The notes under the pieces: generated by a model
Database searches by the model: none
What the model was told of the DNA's origin: nothing
Seen by the model: the letters and a program-made list of their open reading frames with translations, nothing else
Part shown: one piece after another, positions 10,327 to 19,899 of the stretch
How the letters are laid out: each line of letters begins with the position of its first letter
How positions within the stretch are numbered: the stretch's first letter is position 1
Program-made: the position numbers and the translations under genes
Virus record (IMG/VR): IMGVR_UViG_3300034062_004313
Location: 64,001-128,000 of that record
Origin: a virus
DNA length: 64,000 nucleotides
Strand: one strand, 5' to 3'

Positions 10327-10538
10327 AATTTTTTAGCTTTTCTTTTTGCATTACGCTCATTAATAGCCCACACTTCAACACCATCAATTTTGAATTTCTT
10401 TAAACCATTAGGTATAATATCCTTTGGTTGTGGTTCAGGTGCTGGGCGATGTTTTGGTTTTTCTCCTGCAAACACTTGTTCAGCACCAAACATAGCAGAC
10501 ATCATATATAATCCTAAGAGTGATTTCATTGATTTCAT
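10323..10538 (-). CDS. hypothetical protein
   Basis: 71-aa ORF; IPNGLKKF...VWAINERNAKRK motif. Confidence 0.65.
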   Translation of the reverse strand: MKSMKSLLGLYMMSAMFGAEQVFAGEKPKHRPAPEPQPKDIIPNGLKKFKIDGVEVWAINERNAKRKAKKL

Positions 10539-10597
10539 AAAATTAGTTTAAGAGCTTAGGTTCAAGGTATTTCTACCTCTCCCCTAAACTCAAGATT

Positions 10598-11263
10598 TTA
10601 AATAATATTAATATCATACATTCTTTGAAAGCCTGTAGGCATTATCATACGATAAGCTCCATTTGTTTCAATTACATCTCCAACACAGGTTGACCTTATA
10701 CCAAGAGCTTCATATTCAAGACTAAAGTCATTTTGTGCTTTTTTGAAAGCATCATCTAAAGAATTAGCATATACATTAGCCACTTCTTTGAACCGAATAT
10801 CTAATTGACAAAATGTATTTAATTCTGAATTTGCAGGATGATATACACGATACTTTTGAAGTGATGTTATAGGTTCTTTTTCATCATACACTCTTTCATC
10901 TTCATAATTATCCATTTCTTCATCTAACATGTCCTGAAATAAATCATCTAAGCTTTCATCTACATCATCATAATATTCACTTAACATATTCCCTTCAATG
11001 CACATTTCCACTTCATCAAGAATAAAGTCAATGAAATGATATGTAAAAGAACTATCTTTAAGCTCTTTAAGAAAGTTGTAATGTTTCTGGAATTTCTCAA
11101 CATCTTCTTCATGTGTACTTGAATTAAAGCACATGTTCTGAATTGTCACCTGTACTGAAACCAACAAATGACTAATAGCTCCATTTGCTTCTCTATAAGC
11201 AGAAATAATAGGAATAAGCTTATTAAGAGTGTTCTTAATAGCTTGTAATGTTTCTTTTTTCAT
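10598..11263 (-). CDS. protein with possible C-terminal YodL-like domain
   Basis: RSTCVGDVI resembles the YodL RS(L/M)SVGDV motif; acidic central linker. Confidence 0.55.
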   Translation of the reverse strand: MKKETLQAIKNTLNKLIPIISAYREANGAISHLLVSVQVTIQNMCFNSSTHEEDVEKFQKHYNFLKELKDSSFTYHFIDFILDEVEMCIEGNMLSEYYDDVDESLDDLFQDMLDEEMDNYEDERVYDEKEPITSLQKYRVYHPANSELNTFCQLDIRFKEVANVYANSLDDAFKKAQNDFSLEYEALGIRSTCVGDVIETNGAYRMIMPTGFQRMYDINII

Positions 11264-11295
11264 AAGTTTTATTTGAGTTTAATAAAAGATTATAT

Positions 11296-11326
11296 TTGGA
11301 ATATTGAGTTTATTTATGTATATTTG
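11296..11326 (+). promoter_or_regulatory. Bacteroidota primary sigma promoter
   Basis: TTTG...TATATTTG matching the -33 TTTG / -7 TAnnTTTG consensus, upstream of 11344. Confidence 0.65.
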
Positions 11327-11343
11327 TATAAATTAAACTCAAT

Positions 11344-11949
11344 ATGATATATTTTATAGGAAACAAAGAACAAGATATAGTTAAGATAGGAAAAACTAAA
11401 AATGTTGAAAATAGACTTTGGGAAATAAATACTCACTGTCCTTATAAATGTGAGTTATTCTTAACTATAGATGGAAAAGAAGCTATTGAAAAAACAATAC
11501 ATGAAATGTTTAATCAATTTAAAATGAACGGTGAATGGTTTCAATTTTCAACTGAAATTCAAGATTTTATAAATAATCCAAAAGAAATAGTATTAAATCC
11601 TTTGTTTAAAGATTTTAATATAAATACTTCATATTATAATAATGAAGACTTAAAAATCGTTGAAGATTTATACAAATTGAAAAAATCCAATATTGAAATC
11701 TCTGAAATAACAGGATTAACTATACATCAAGTTAGAAGAATTATAAGAAATAATCAACTTGCTAGAAAATATAGAGAATATAAAGGAACAACTATTGTTA
11801 GTTCAGAACAAGACTTTCAAAGAAATAAGCGTAAAAAGTATAGAACTCTTTATAAAAAAGGGATAATTACTAAAGAAGTATTATTAGAAGAACTTGCAAA
11901 ATATCCAACTAAACGTAATTGTCCCAAAAATACAATTGAATATACCTAA
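11344..11949 (+). CDS. GIY-YIG superfamily nuclease (T5orf172/MUG113-like) with C-terminal HTH; probable homing endonuclease
   Basis: IYFI...VKIGKT..VENRL...E...H..F......GEWF; HTH-like SNIEISEITGLTIHQVRRI. Confidence 0.8.
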   Translation: MIYFIGNKEQDIVKIGKTKNVENRLWEINTHCPYKCELFLTIDGKEAIEKTIHEMFNQFKMNGEWFQFSTEIQDFINNPKEIVLNPLFKDFNINTSYYNNEDLKIVEDLYKLKKSNIEISEITGLTIHQVRRIIRNNQLARKYREYKGTTIVSSEQDFQRNKRKKYRTLYKKGIITKEVLLEELAKYPTKRNCPKNTIEYT

Positions 11950-11954
11950 ACCTA

Positions 11955-12037
11955 ATAAATAGAGAGTAATGTCAAGCAATGAACAAAAGTTCGGCAACGC
12001 TTTTCATAAGTATAAACTAACATTACTCTCTATTTAT
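11955..12037. repeat. 18-bp perfect inverted repeat between convergent genes
   Basis: ATAAATAGAGAGTAATGT (11955-72) / ACATTACTCTCTATTTAT (12020-37). Confidence 0.8.
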
Positions 12038-12066
12038 CAGACCTAATCCTATTACGGATTATGCAC

Positions 12067-12402
12067 TCAATCTTTAAAATAATCTTTTACTAAATCTCTA
12101 CCTGAATAATCTTGTCTTGAACAAGCATCATCTAAAATGTCATTTGGGCAATTTTCACAAAGCTTAGAAACAAGCTCCATATTCTTGTTACACAAATCTG
12201 ACCACAATACATACAAGTTTGTTCCCTTTAAAGAAGGAACCTGTTCCAACTTAATAGCAATTGGAATACTGTATTTTAAGTTTTCAGGAGAGAACAATTC
12301 CATAAGAAATGTCATTGCAACTGGATTTCCTTTTGCATAATTCATAATCATACCAATCATAATAATAATTTTTGAGTTTGACATCATTAATGTTTCGTCC
12401 AA
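12067..12402 (-). CDS. hypothetical phage protein (true start probably downstream)
   Basis: GNP.A..FL...GT.LYVLWSDLC motif. Confidence 0.6.
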   Translation of the reverse strand: MDETLMMSNSKIIIMIGMIMNYAKGNPVAMTFLMELFSPENLKYSIPIAIKLEQVPSLKGTNLYVLWSDLCNKNMELVSKLCENCPNDILDDACSRQDYSGRDLVKDYFKD

Positions 12403-12557
12403 GTCTGGTCACAAACTGATTTTATACTCTTCTTGGCTGAGTTTATAGTCTTGTCTAATGGAACATTAAAGACTTAAACAAGGCTGCTAATCCATCAATA
12501 ATATATGCATTACTGTCATAGTTATTAATATAGCACTTACAGCACCTTGTTGATTAA

Positions 12558-12794
12558 CTAAAGACCTAAATAATCCAATTGTTCTTGAGTAACTCCTGTT
12601 GCTTTAGCATATTCAGCTAAAGTTATTTCTTCACAAGAAATGATAGGACATGTCTCTACAATAGGAAATTCATCTTCTGCAATTGGGTCATAATACCAAT
12701 CTATATTAACATCAATAGATGTTAAATTAGGTGTAGTAGAATAATGAATAAAAGGCATTCCATGCTCTTCATGTATATATTTAAAGAATTGCAT
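12558..12794 (-). CDS. hypothetical protein
   Basis: ORF from ATG (MQFFKY). Confidence 0.55.
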   Translation of the reverse strand: MQFFKYIHEEHGMPFIHYSTTPNLTSIDVNIDWYYDPIAEDEFPIVETCPIISCEEITLAEYAKATGVTQEQLDYLGL

Positions 12795-13343
12795 AATAAG
12801 TGTGATGCTGATTAGACAACATCGATTTATTAACAAATTAATAAAATTCTCTAACCTTATTACAGGAATTACAGAGAATACCATTACGGATGTGGAATGA
12901 CAACTATTGCCAATCCCACTCTTGCAGTCCTTCTAAGGTGGTTACACCAATAGAAGTAATAATCAAAGCAGTATGTTTCATGCTTTTATTATTTAGTAAT
13001 GAAGAAATCTCCCTGTTAACGTACAGAGAATAAAACGTTATTTACCTTTGAAGTCTTCATCAAAACTACTATCAAATAAACATCCTAATGCAACACATAT
13101 TACTATTGTTCCCAACACACAATAAGCAGGATGTTGAGCCACTTCTCTGAAGCTGCCACCAAATAATCATGCAATAGCAGGAACAATCGAATACAAGAAA
13201 CAGTAGCATATAACGTATACCACTGTAAGAACCATAAAACGGATTAACTTTTCCATAACAGATAAATATTTAAAGAATGAATAAACATAGAAAAGCATAT
13301 ACACAAGTCCTTGACAGGAGAGTGTATATGCCCTGTGAATAAA

Positions 13344-13733
13344 TTACAACGGAAACTTAAACTTAAACCAACCAAAGGACTTAGCTCTAATAAAACATTG
13401 AGCTATACTAATATGTTCACAAGATTCATCTCTGAAACCTGTAATATGATTATCAACACCTTGTTCAGGTTTTATAGTAGTATAACCAACTTTTCGAACA
13501 TATCCACCACCATGTTTCTGTTCTACAATAAATGTAGTACCAACAGGAGATGTGAGAATATTAAAGAGATTCTTACTCTGAAAAGAATAAGTGTGGTCTT
13601 TAACATAATCAGAATTACTTAAAGAACGCTCTTCAATAGGACAATTATAATCTACATGAATAGAATAATACTTATCAATAACCTTATTGGCTTGATTAGC
13701 ACTAAGCTGAATACAGGAAATGAACTTTTCCAT
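13344..13733 (-). CDS. hypothetical protein
   Basis: ORF from ATG (MEKFISC). Confidence 0.6.
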   Translation of the reverse strand: MEKFISCIQLSANQANKVIDKYYSIHVDYNCPIEERSLSNSDYVKDHTYSFQSKNLFNILTSPVGTTFIVEQKHGGGYVRKVGYTTIKPEQGVDNHITGFRDESCEHISIAQCFIRAKSFGWFKFKFPL

Positions 13734-13921
13734 TTTAAATATTTTATTGTTTTCTGTTTCGATGCTCAATTACATCATCATCAGCAAAGAGAATACTCTT
13801 TGGACAGATTAGCATATACTGCGGTTTCAACATGGGAATATGATGTCAAAATGATATTGTTTTGATATCAAATGAGTGATTCTATACCCTATTTGTACTC
13901 ATGTCAGTGCAAATTTGTACT

Positions 13922-13937
13922 TGTTTCACGTGGAACA
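13922..13937. promoter_or_regulatory. parS site (ParB-binding centromere-like sequence)
   Basis: TGTTTCACGTGGAACA matches the bacterial parS consensus TGTTNCACGTGAAACA on the other strand; intergenic. Confidence 0.75.
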
Positions 13938-14023
13938 TTATATAATATCTACATGTATTAATACACTATTTATTAGATATTATCTAATTCAATTTAAAAT
14001 ATGCCGAGAAAATACAAAACCAA

Positions 14024-14068
14024 TTTGATATTATTCAACAATTGTTCATATTATTGAATAATATCAAA
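14024..14068. repeat. 15-bp inverted repeat
   Basis: TTTGATATTATTCAA / TTGAATAATATCAAA. Confidence 0.7.
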
Positions 14069-14104
14069 ATTAAGCTCTTTTTATGGGTGGATTTGGGCTG
14101 ATTT

Positions 14105-14134
14105 AAAAAAGGACAGGGATAAATATCCCCGTCC
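14105..14134 (-). terminator. intrinsic terminator after 14158..14670
   Basis: GGACGGGGAT...ATCCCTGTCC stem followed by T6 on the minus strand. Confidence 0.6.
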
Positions 14135-14157
14135 GTTATTCTTCAATCATCATCCCA

Positions 14158-14670
14158 TTAAGGAGTCGGAACTGCATTCTCCTGCAATTCAGCAGTGGCA
14201 GTCACTTTCTTTTCCTTCTTTTCAGGAGTTACACCAGCCAAAGCTTGTGTCAAAGCAGTGATACCGGCAAGGTATTGGTCAGCCCTTTGCTTTTGAAGGT
14301 TACGTCCACGGCCTTTAAATGGGACATTTGTCAGCCACACATTAGGTGAGCGTGTCATTTTGCCAGCAGAATCGAACTGTGGTTTTGCCACATCGAACTT
14401 CATAGCACCTTCATACTTGCCTGTGGCATCATCATAACCCTTCAGGAATTCTTCAAATTCATCTTCACTGATGCGTACTTCTGTACTTTTTACCGGAATC
14501 CTTACGCCTGTAGGAGAAATATAATTCTCACTTGTAGCTTCCACCTCTTCACTGAGGATAAGAATTACGGTGTCTGCATTTACACCTGATTGAGTGTCAA
14601 TAGTTTCCACTTCAATTGTGGTCTTCCTCATACGGGACAAACCTGCTAATAGCTCATGTTTAATAGCCAT
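14158..14670 (-). CDS. hypothetical protein
   Basis: 170-aa ORF with visibly higher GC than neighbours. Confidence 0.75.
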   Translation of the reverse strand: MAIKHELLAGLSRMRKTTIEVETIDTQSGVNADTVILILSEEVEATSENYISPTGVRIPVKSTEVRISEDEFEEFLKGYDDATGKYEGAMKFDVAKPQFDSAGKMTRSPNVWLTNVPFKGRGRNLQKQRADQYLAGITALTQALAGVTPEKKEKKVTATAELQENAVPTP

Positions 14671-14807
14671 AATGTTTACTTTTTGTTTAATTAATAAAAA
14701 ATCTATGTATCATCTAATATGTAGCCTTGCTTGTTTGGTTTAAAAAAATAACACAAACCCGCAAAGAGCTTGTGTTATTTGTAAGTGAATACATTAGTGT
14801 TGTAGTA

Positions 14808-15215
14808 TTATCTGTTTTCTAAATTGGCTTCAATTTCTTTTTTAAACTCAACTTTATCCAATTCCATCTGAATCCTGTCTTCTGGAGTTATTACACCATC
14901 AAATATATCTGGATATTTACGGCAGATTCTTTGAGCAACCTTCCCATCAATCATCATTTTTAACCATTTCTGGTAATTGGATTCAAAACCAAGAATGATG
15001 TAAACATACCCTTTGATATCCTTTCTGAATGGGTCAGGTCTGTTATAATGGTCATCAAGATTGAGATAATTCATTTTAACATCATAATTCTTGAGCCTTA
15101 TTTCAACTCCTTGAACATAGCAGTCAGAAACTTCATCAAAGAAGAATACATTATCAATTACTTCTTTGTTCTGGAATATGAGCTTCATAAACTCATTTAA
15201 TGCATAACTAGTCAT
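14808..15215 (-). CDS. hypothetical protein
   Basis: 135-aa ORF. Confidence 0.7.
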   Translation of the reverse strand: MTSYALNEFMKLIFQNKEVIDNVFFFDEVSDCYVQGVEIRLKNYDVKMNYLNLDDHYNRPDPFRKDIKGYVYIILGFESNYQKWLKMMIDGKVAQRICRKYPDIFDGVITPEDRIQMELDKVEFKKEIEANLENR

Positions 15216-15250
15216 AATATAACAAGGATAGTAAGATATCAGCTTTTATT

Positions 15251-15550
15251 TTATAACCAACGATAATATTGAGTGTTCCCATTCATTCCAAAGTACTGAT
15301 TATCAGTAGTGTGTTCAGCTTTTACACCAAATGCAATCCAAGTTCTGTAATAGTCATCATCAGACATATTAAGAGACTTCTTTACACTGATATCAAATCC
15401 CATAAGCTTATTTATCATGGTTTGATAGTTAAACTCTGAAACATATACTTCTTTTGGAAAATTAGGATGATGTTCAGTATTAACATCAATAGTCAATTTG
15501 ATACATTCCTTTTTAGGTTCAAAATACTTGCTTTCTGTTGTGTACAGCAT
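15251..15550 (-). CDS. hypothetical protein
   Basis: 99-aa ORF. Confidence 0.65.
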   Translation of the reverse strand: MLYTTESKYFEPKKECIKLTIDVNTEHHPNFPKEVYVSEFNYQTMINKLMGFDISVKKSLNMSDDDYYRTWIAFGVKAEHTTDNQYFGMNGNTQYYRWL

Positions 15551-15603
15551 AAAAGATAATTTGTGGGAGAGAGTTCATCACCCTCTCCCGATTAGAAAAT
15601 GGG

Positions 15604-16299
15604 TTACTTAACAGCATAAGGATTAAAATCACCAAATACTTCCTTGTACTTTGCATCAGAAAGAATACCATGAGCTTTACGAGCTTCATTCTTGAGAGCA
15701 TTCTCTGCAACACCAAGAATCTGTAAACTCCTGCGTGAAATGGCTACAACCTTCACATGTTCAGCAAGCCAAACAGTACCATCCCAATTCTTCTTAGCCT
15801 GATAAGCATCAATCATACACTTATCAAGACTCAGTTCAATTGCCTTTGTTTGTTCACCACCAGCAGTTTCACAATCCAAATCCAACTCTGTAGCACTAAC
15901 CAAATCACTCTGAGCAATCTCAAGAGGAATCTTGATAGTATCCACAGTGACAGAGAACTTCTCGGATATTTTCTTCCCCTGAACATTCATCCTTATCTGG
16001 TAAGTGCTATCAATGGTGATAGGTTCGAACAGCTTGAAGATGATGTTCACCTTCTTTTCACCATCAGGCTTTGTGTTATGCAACTCTCCCACCTTAGCAA
16101 AATCACCAGCAAGCACAGCTTCTGCAAGCTCCTTAGTGTGAGCAGCCTTGTCCTTACCAAGTTCATAGACTTCTTGGTCATAGAACCAACCCTTGTAGGA
16201 ACGACCAAATGTTCCGTTATCATGGTCAATGCTAGACTTAGCACTTACATTTTCCAGAGCAGTCTGGAAGCTTTTCAAATTCAAAAGACTCGTTTTCAT
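15604..16299 (-). CDS. hypothetical protein
   Basis: 231-aa ORF with higher GC codon usage. Confidence 0.75.
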   Translation of the reverse strand: MKTSLLNLKSFQTALENVSAKSSIDHDNGTFGRSYKGWFYDQEVYELGKDKAAHTKELAEAVLAGDFAKVGELHNTKPDGEKKVNIIFKLFEPITIDSTYQIRMNVQGKKISEKFSVTVDTIKIPLEIAQSDLVSATELDLDCETAGGEQTKAIELSLDKCMIDAYQAKKNWDGTVWLAEHVKVVAISRRSLQILGVAENALKNEARKAHGILSDAKYKEVFGDFNPYAVK

Positions 16300-16393
16300 A
16301 AAATTGATTGAAGAATGATTCCCTTATTCTTTATTCTCTACTTGGGATTGAAAGAGATAACAGCATTTCTTTAGTCCTTAGAATAGCTGTCCT

Positions 16394-16429
16394 AAAACTG
16401 TCACCTTTTGGCAGGTTGATGACTACCTC
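16394..16429 (-). repeat. pseudoknot-like RNA motif, copy 2
   Basis: minus strand GAGGTAGTCATCAACCTGCCAAAAGGTGACAGTTTT. Confidence 0.55.
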
Positions 16430-16441
16430 TAATTAAGAAGA

Positions 16442-16666
16442 TTAATGTAATTTCAACTGTTTTGCAGAGAAATATACCCCTTCTTGTTTAACAACATCCC
16501 AATAAATGAGATGATTTAGACAATTAGTAGTCCAAATTTGGGTATTGAACTGACCGTAGTCAGATACTCCACCTCTTTCATGGAGTATTTTAGAATCATT
16601 ACTAACTCTTGCAGATTTAACTGCATTACCTGTCAATGTTCCAAAGAACGTTGTTCTAATTGTCAT
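16442..16666 (-). CDS. hypothetical protein, first gene of the leftward block
   Basis: 74-aa ORF. Confidence 0.6.
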   Translation of the reverse strand: MTIRTTFFGTLTGNAVKSARVSNDSKILHERGGVSDYGQFNTQIWTTNCLNHLIYWDVVKQEGVYFSAKQLKLH

Positions 16667-16933
16667 AATATGTCGTTGCCTGAATAGACAGGTTCAACTG
16701 ACCCTTATTGTGATGGATATAAACATATTATTTTGACTTTTCTTTGTAATACAATTTTTACATTATTAATAGAATGAACATAGGGGTAGACCCGGTTTCA
16801 CTTTCTTAACAAGGCATCATTTATCTTACTGTTCTCCAGCTTCACACATAAAACTGATAGGGGGTGTACACACACTTCTTATGTATTCCTATATGTTAAC
16901 ACCTTCTTAAAAAAATTATAAAAAATAGAAAAA

Positions 16934-16965
16934 TTTGGAGTTATTAACTTTTTAAGTTATTTTTG
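16934..16965 (+). promoter_or_regulatory. Bacteroidota sigma promoter starting the rightward block
   Basis: TTTG-N20-TATTTTTG ending 4 nt before the ATG at 16970. Confidence 0.65.
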
Positions 16966-16969
16966 TCCC

Positions 16970-17587
16970 ATGTCTCAATTAAATGCCAACACTCCTTATA
17001 TATATTGTTATATAAGGAAAGAAATTACGGGATTAGAGAATGATATGGAGGGGTATATCTTTGGAGTGAAGTCTCAATTGAATTATCCTCTCCTTTTTCA
17101 TTTTCAGTCTTCTATAGGAGCTATATTTTGGAATATTCCTATAAGTGGTTTTGTGCATAATTTGGAATATGAAGATTTGGATTTATCTATTCTCGAAACT
17201 TGGGATTGCCAAAGTAATGCTATATCTGTTTTATGTTTTAAGTTTCTTCAGCATAAGAGAGTGGATGTATTTTGTAGAGATGGTATATGGAGGAGTGGAA
17301 TTTATCACTTCACTATAGATGATTACGAAACGGATGTTAATGAAATAAATGTGGGTTATTCTCAAGATATGGATAGTAAGTGTTTTCACTTTATAGAACT
17401 TGATAATGGAAGATTTTGTGTGCATCCTAATAATATATTACGTTGGCATAATGCTGATTTTATTCATCCCTACGATAAAGAAAACCCTCCAAAAATAAAG
17501 TTGAATAATCCCAGAGTTAGTTCTGAAGATGTAGATTTATCATTTGCTAAAAGTGCTTATTATTTAAAATATGAAAGAACCAAATAG
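16970..17587 (+). CDS. hypothetical phage protein
   Basis: GAIFWNIPISGF...WDC...YHFTID...HFIELDNG.F...PNN. Confidence 0.75.
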   Translation: MSQLNANTPYIYCYIRKEITGLENDMEGYIFGVKSQLNYPLLFHFQSSIGAIFWNIPISGFVHNLEYEDLDLSILETWDCQSNAISVLCFKFLQHKRVDVFCRDGIWRSGIYHFTIDDYETDVNEINVGYSQDMDSKCFHFIELDNGRFCVHPNNILRWHNADFIHPYDKENPPKIKLNNPRVSSEDVDLSFAKSAYYLKYERTK

Positions 17588-19319
17588 AGTACGTAAGAAT
17601 CCTATACAATATAATATACAGTTAGATGAAGAGCAAAAGGCTGGTAAAGCTATAATTCTTCAATATCCTATTACATTAATTACTGGTCAGGCTGGATGTT
17701 TAGGATTAGACACAGAAGTATTAATGTATAATGGAACTTTTAAAAAAGTTCAAGATATTGTTGTAGGTGACCAATTAATGGGACCAGATTCTAAGCCTAG
17801 AAATGTATTATCTTTATGTAGAGGCATAGACCAAATGTATTGGATTAGACAAAATAGAGGAATTGATTATAGAGTTAATAGTAATCATATACTATCATTA
17901 ATAAGAGTTCAAACTGCAAAATATCCAAGAATTGCAGTTGATGGTGTAAGAAAACAAGATTTTTCAAGACCTCCTATTCATCCTAAAAAGGAAACAGTTA
18001 CAAATATAGAAGTTAATAGATATTTTGATTTGGGTTCTAAAAAACAATATATGGGATATATTTCAAATTGTCTTTTCTTTGAAGAAAAGAATTTATCAAT
18101 TGACCCATATTATTTAGGACTTTGGTTAGGAGATGGAAGTAAAAATTGTATAAGAGAAATTACAGCAGCAGATTCTGAAATAATAAATTATTTAATTGAC
18201 AAAGGAGCAAGAGCTAAATTAAATAGTAAATATGCATGGTTATTACCAATAAATTTAGAAACAGTTGAGTCTTTTAAAGATTTATTTTCAATTACAAATT
18301 CTTCAAAATTACCTGAAAAATTTATACCTAATGATTATTTGTTTAACTCAAAAGAAAATAGATTAAAATTGTTAGCTGGTTTATTAGATAGTGATGGACA
18401 TTATATAAAAGATGGAAAATATTATGAAATAATAGTAAAAAATAAAAGATTAGCAGATAATATAACATTTCTATGTAGAAGTCTTGGTTATAAAACTAAT
18501 CAAAGAGACAAGAAAGCTAGTATGAAAAGAGATGATGGTACTATATATAAATGTATTGTTCAAAGAATATCTATAATGACAGAAGATATTATACCTGTTA
18601 TTATAGATAGAAAAAAGAATGAAATTGGTTCTGATTTTAAAAATAGAAAATACACAGGATTCAAAATAGAAAAAGATATTATTGATAATTACTATGGGTT
18701 TACACTTGATGAAGATAATCTTTTTTTATTAAAGGACTTAACCGTTACTCATAATTCAGGTAAAAGTTTAGTTGCTCTACAGACTGGATTGGATTTTGTT
18801 AATAGTAAGATGGGTAAGATGGTATTAACACGTTCTTTAGTAGAGGTTGGAGATGAATCAATGGGTTATTTACCCGGAGATGCTAAAGAAAAGTTAAGTC
18901 CTTATTTAGAAGCAGCAATGGAGAATCTTGAGAAATGTATGTCAAGACAAGAGATTTTAAAGCTTGTTAATGATAATAGGATTGTTGCTGGTCCTGTAAA
19001 CTTCATGAGAGGTAAGACTGTAGAGGATGTGCTTATTGTAGAAGAGGGACAAAATCTTACTATAGGACAGATGTTAGCAGTTTTAACAAGAACTGGTAAG
19101 GAGGGTAAGATTATTATTACTGGTGACTTGGCTCAAAAGGATAGAAGAAAGGAAAGAAGTTATGGAGCATTGGACTTAGCAATTGATTTAGCTAAGGACT
19201 TACCTGAATATATAGGATGGGTAAAACTTAATGGTCAGCATAGACATGATGTGGTTAGTAAGATAAATGACTTAATTTATTCTGATAAATATAAAAATAG
19301 GGTATTCCCTGAAAACTAA
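17571..19319 (+). CDS. phoH: PhoH-family ATPase interrupted by an intein
   Basis: Walker A GQAG/SGKS; MGYLPGD..EK..PY, FMRGKT, IVEEGQN, IITGDLAQKD, RH motifs. Confidence 0.9.
   Translation: MKEPNRVRKNPIQYNIQLDEEQKAGKAIILQYPITLITGQAGCLGLDTEVLMYNGTFKKVQDIVVGDQLMGPDSKPRNVLSLCRGIDQMYWIRQNRGIDYRVNSNHILSLIRVQTAKYPRIAVDGVRKQDFSRPPIHPKKETVTNIEVNRYFDLGSKKQYMGYISNCLFFEEKNLSIDPYYLGLWLGDGSKNCIREITAADSEIINYLIDKGARAKLNSKYAWLLPINLETVESFKDLFSITNSSKLPEKFIPNDYLFNSKENRLKLLAGLLDSDGHYIKDGKYYEIIVKNKRLADNITFLCRSLGYKTNQRDKKASMKRDDGTIYKCIVQRISIMTEDIIPVIIDRKKNEIGSDFKNRKYTGFKIEKDIIDNYYGFTLDEDNLFLLKDLTVTHNSGKSLVALQTGLDFVNSKMGKMVLTRSLVEVGDESMGYLPGDAKEKLSPYLEAAMENLEKCMSRQEILKLVNDNRIVAGPVNFMRGKTVEDVLIVEEGQNLTIGQMLAVLTRTGKEGKIIITGDLAQKDRRKERSYGALDLAIDLAKDLPEYIGWVKLNGQHRHDVVSKINDLIYSDKYKNRVFPEN
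17697..18755 (+). mobile_element. intein with LAGLIDADG homing endonuclease (353 aa)
   Basis: starts CLGLDTEVLM, ends VTHN before Ser; YYLGLWLGDG and LLAGLLDSDG motifs. Confidence 0.92.
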
Positions 19320-19540
19320 TGGAAAATAAAAGCTTAGTAGATAAAATGAAACCCTTACAGATATTATATAATCTGGATAAGGCTGGTGTAAATGTGGAGA
19401 ACTTACATATCAGTACATTTACTAAACCTTTAGAAGAATCTGTAGAACAATGGTTGGGTAGAATATTTGATAATAATAAAGAAGTATTTGGAGAATACAC
19501 AAAAGAAGATTTTATAAATAATGCATTATATGGACGGTAG
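19319..19540 (+). CDS. hypothetical protein
   Basis: 73-aa ORF coupled to phoH. Confidence 0.6.
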   Translation: MENKSLVDKMKPLQILYNLDKAGVNVENLHISTFTKPLEESVEQWLGRIFDNNKEVFGEYTKEDFINNALYGR

Positions 19541-19844
19541 AACATTTATTGACAATTTAGAAGATATCCCTTTAAGGGATGATATTAAAAGTATGTCTTT
19601 AAAAAGTCAGAAAAATCTTGAAAATTGGATTGATACTTTAACAAATTCTATATTTCCAAAAGAATGTATAGATACCCCAATGTTAAAATTTAAAGATGTA
19701 AATGATGGAGATGGTTTCAAGATAGAATATATTAATCCAAGAACTCAAGAAAAACAAGAAATTTTAGATAGAGAGAGAGGTATATTTTCTTATACAGAAT
19801 ATTTAACTGAAAATCAGAATAATAAACCTATATTTGCACAATAA
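19521..19844 (+). CDS. hypothetical protein
   Basis: 107-aa ORF. Confidence 0.6.
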   Translation: MHYMDGRTFIDNLEDIPLRDDIKSMSLKSQKNLENWIDTLTNSIFPKECIDTPMLKFKDVNDGDGFKIEYINPRTQEKQEILDRERGIFSYTEYLTENQNNKPIFAQ

Positions 19845-19899
19845 AGTTAATCGCTTTATCAAGCATAATCAGGTTTATTATGGAAAATAAAAGAAAAAT

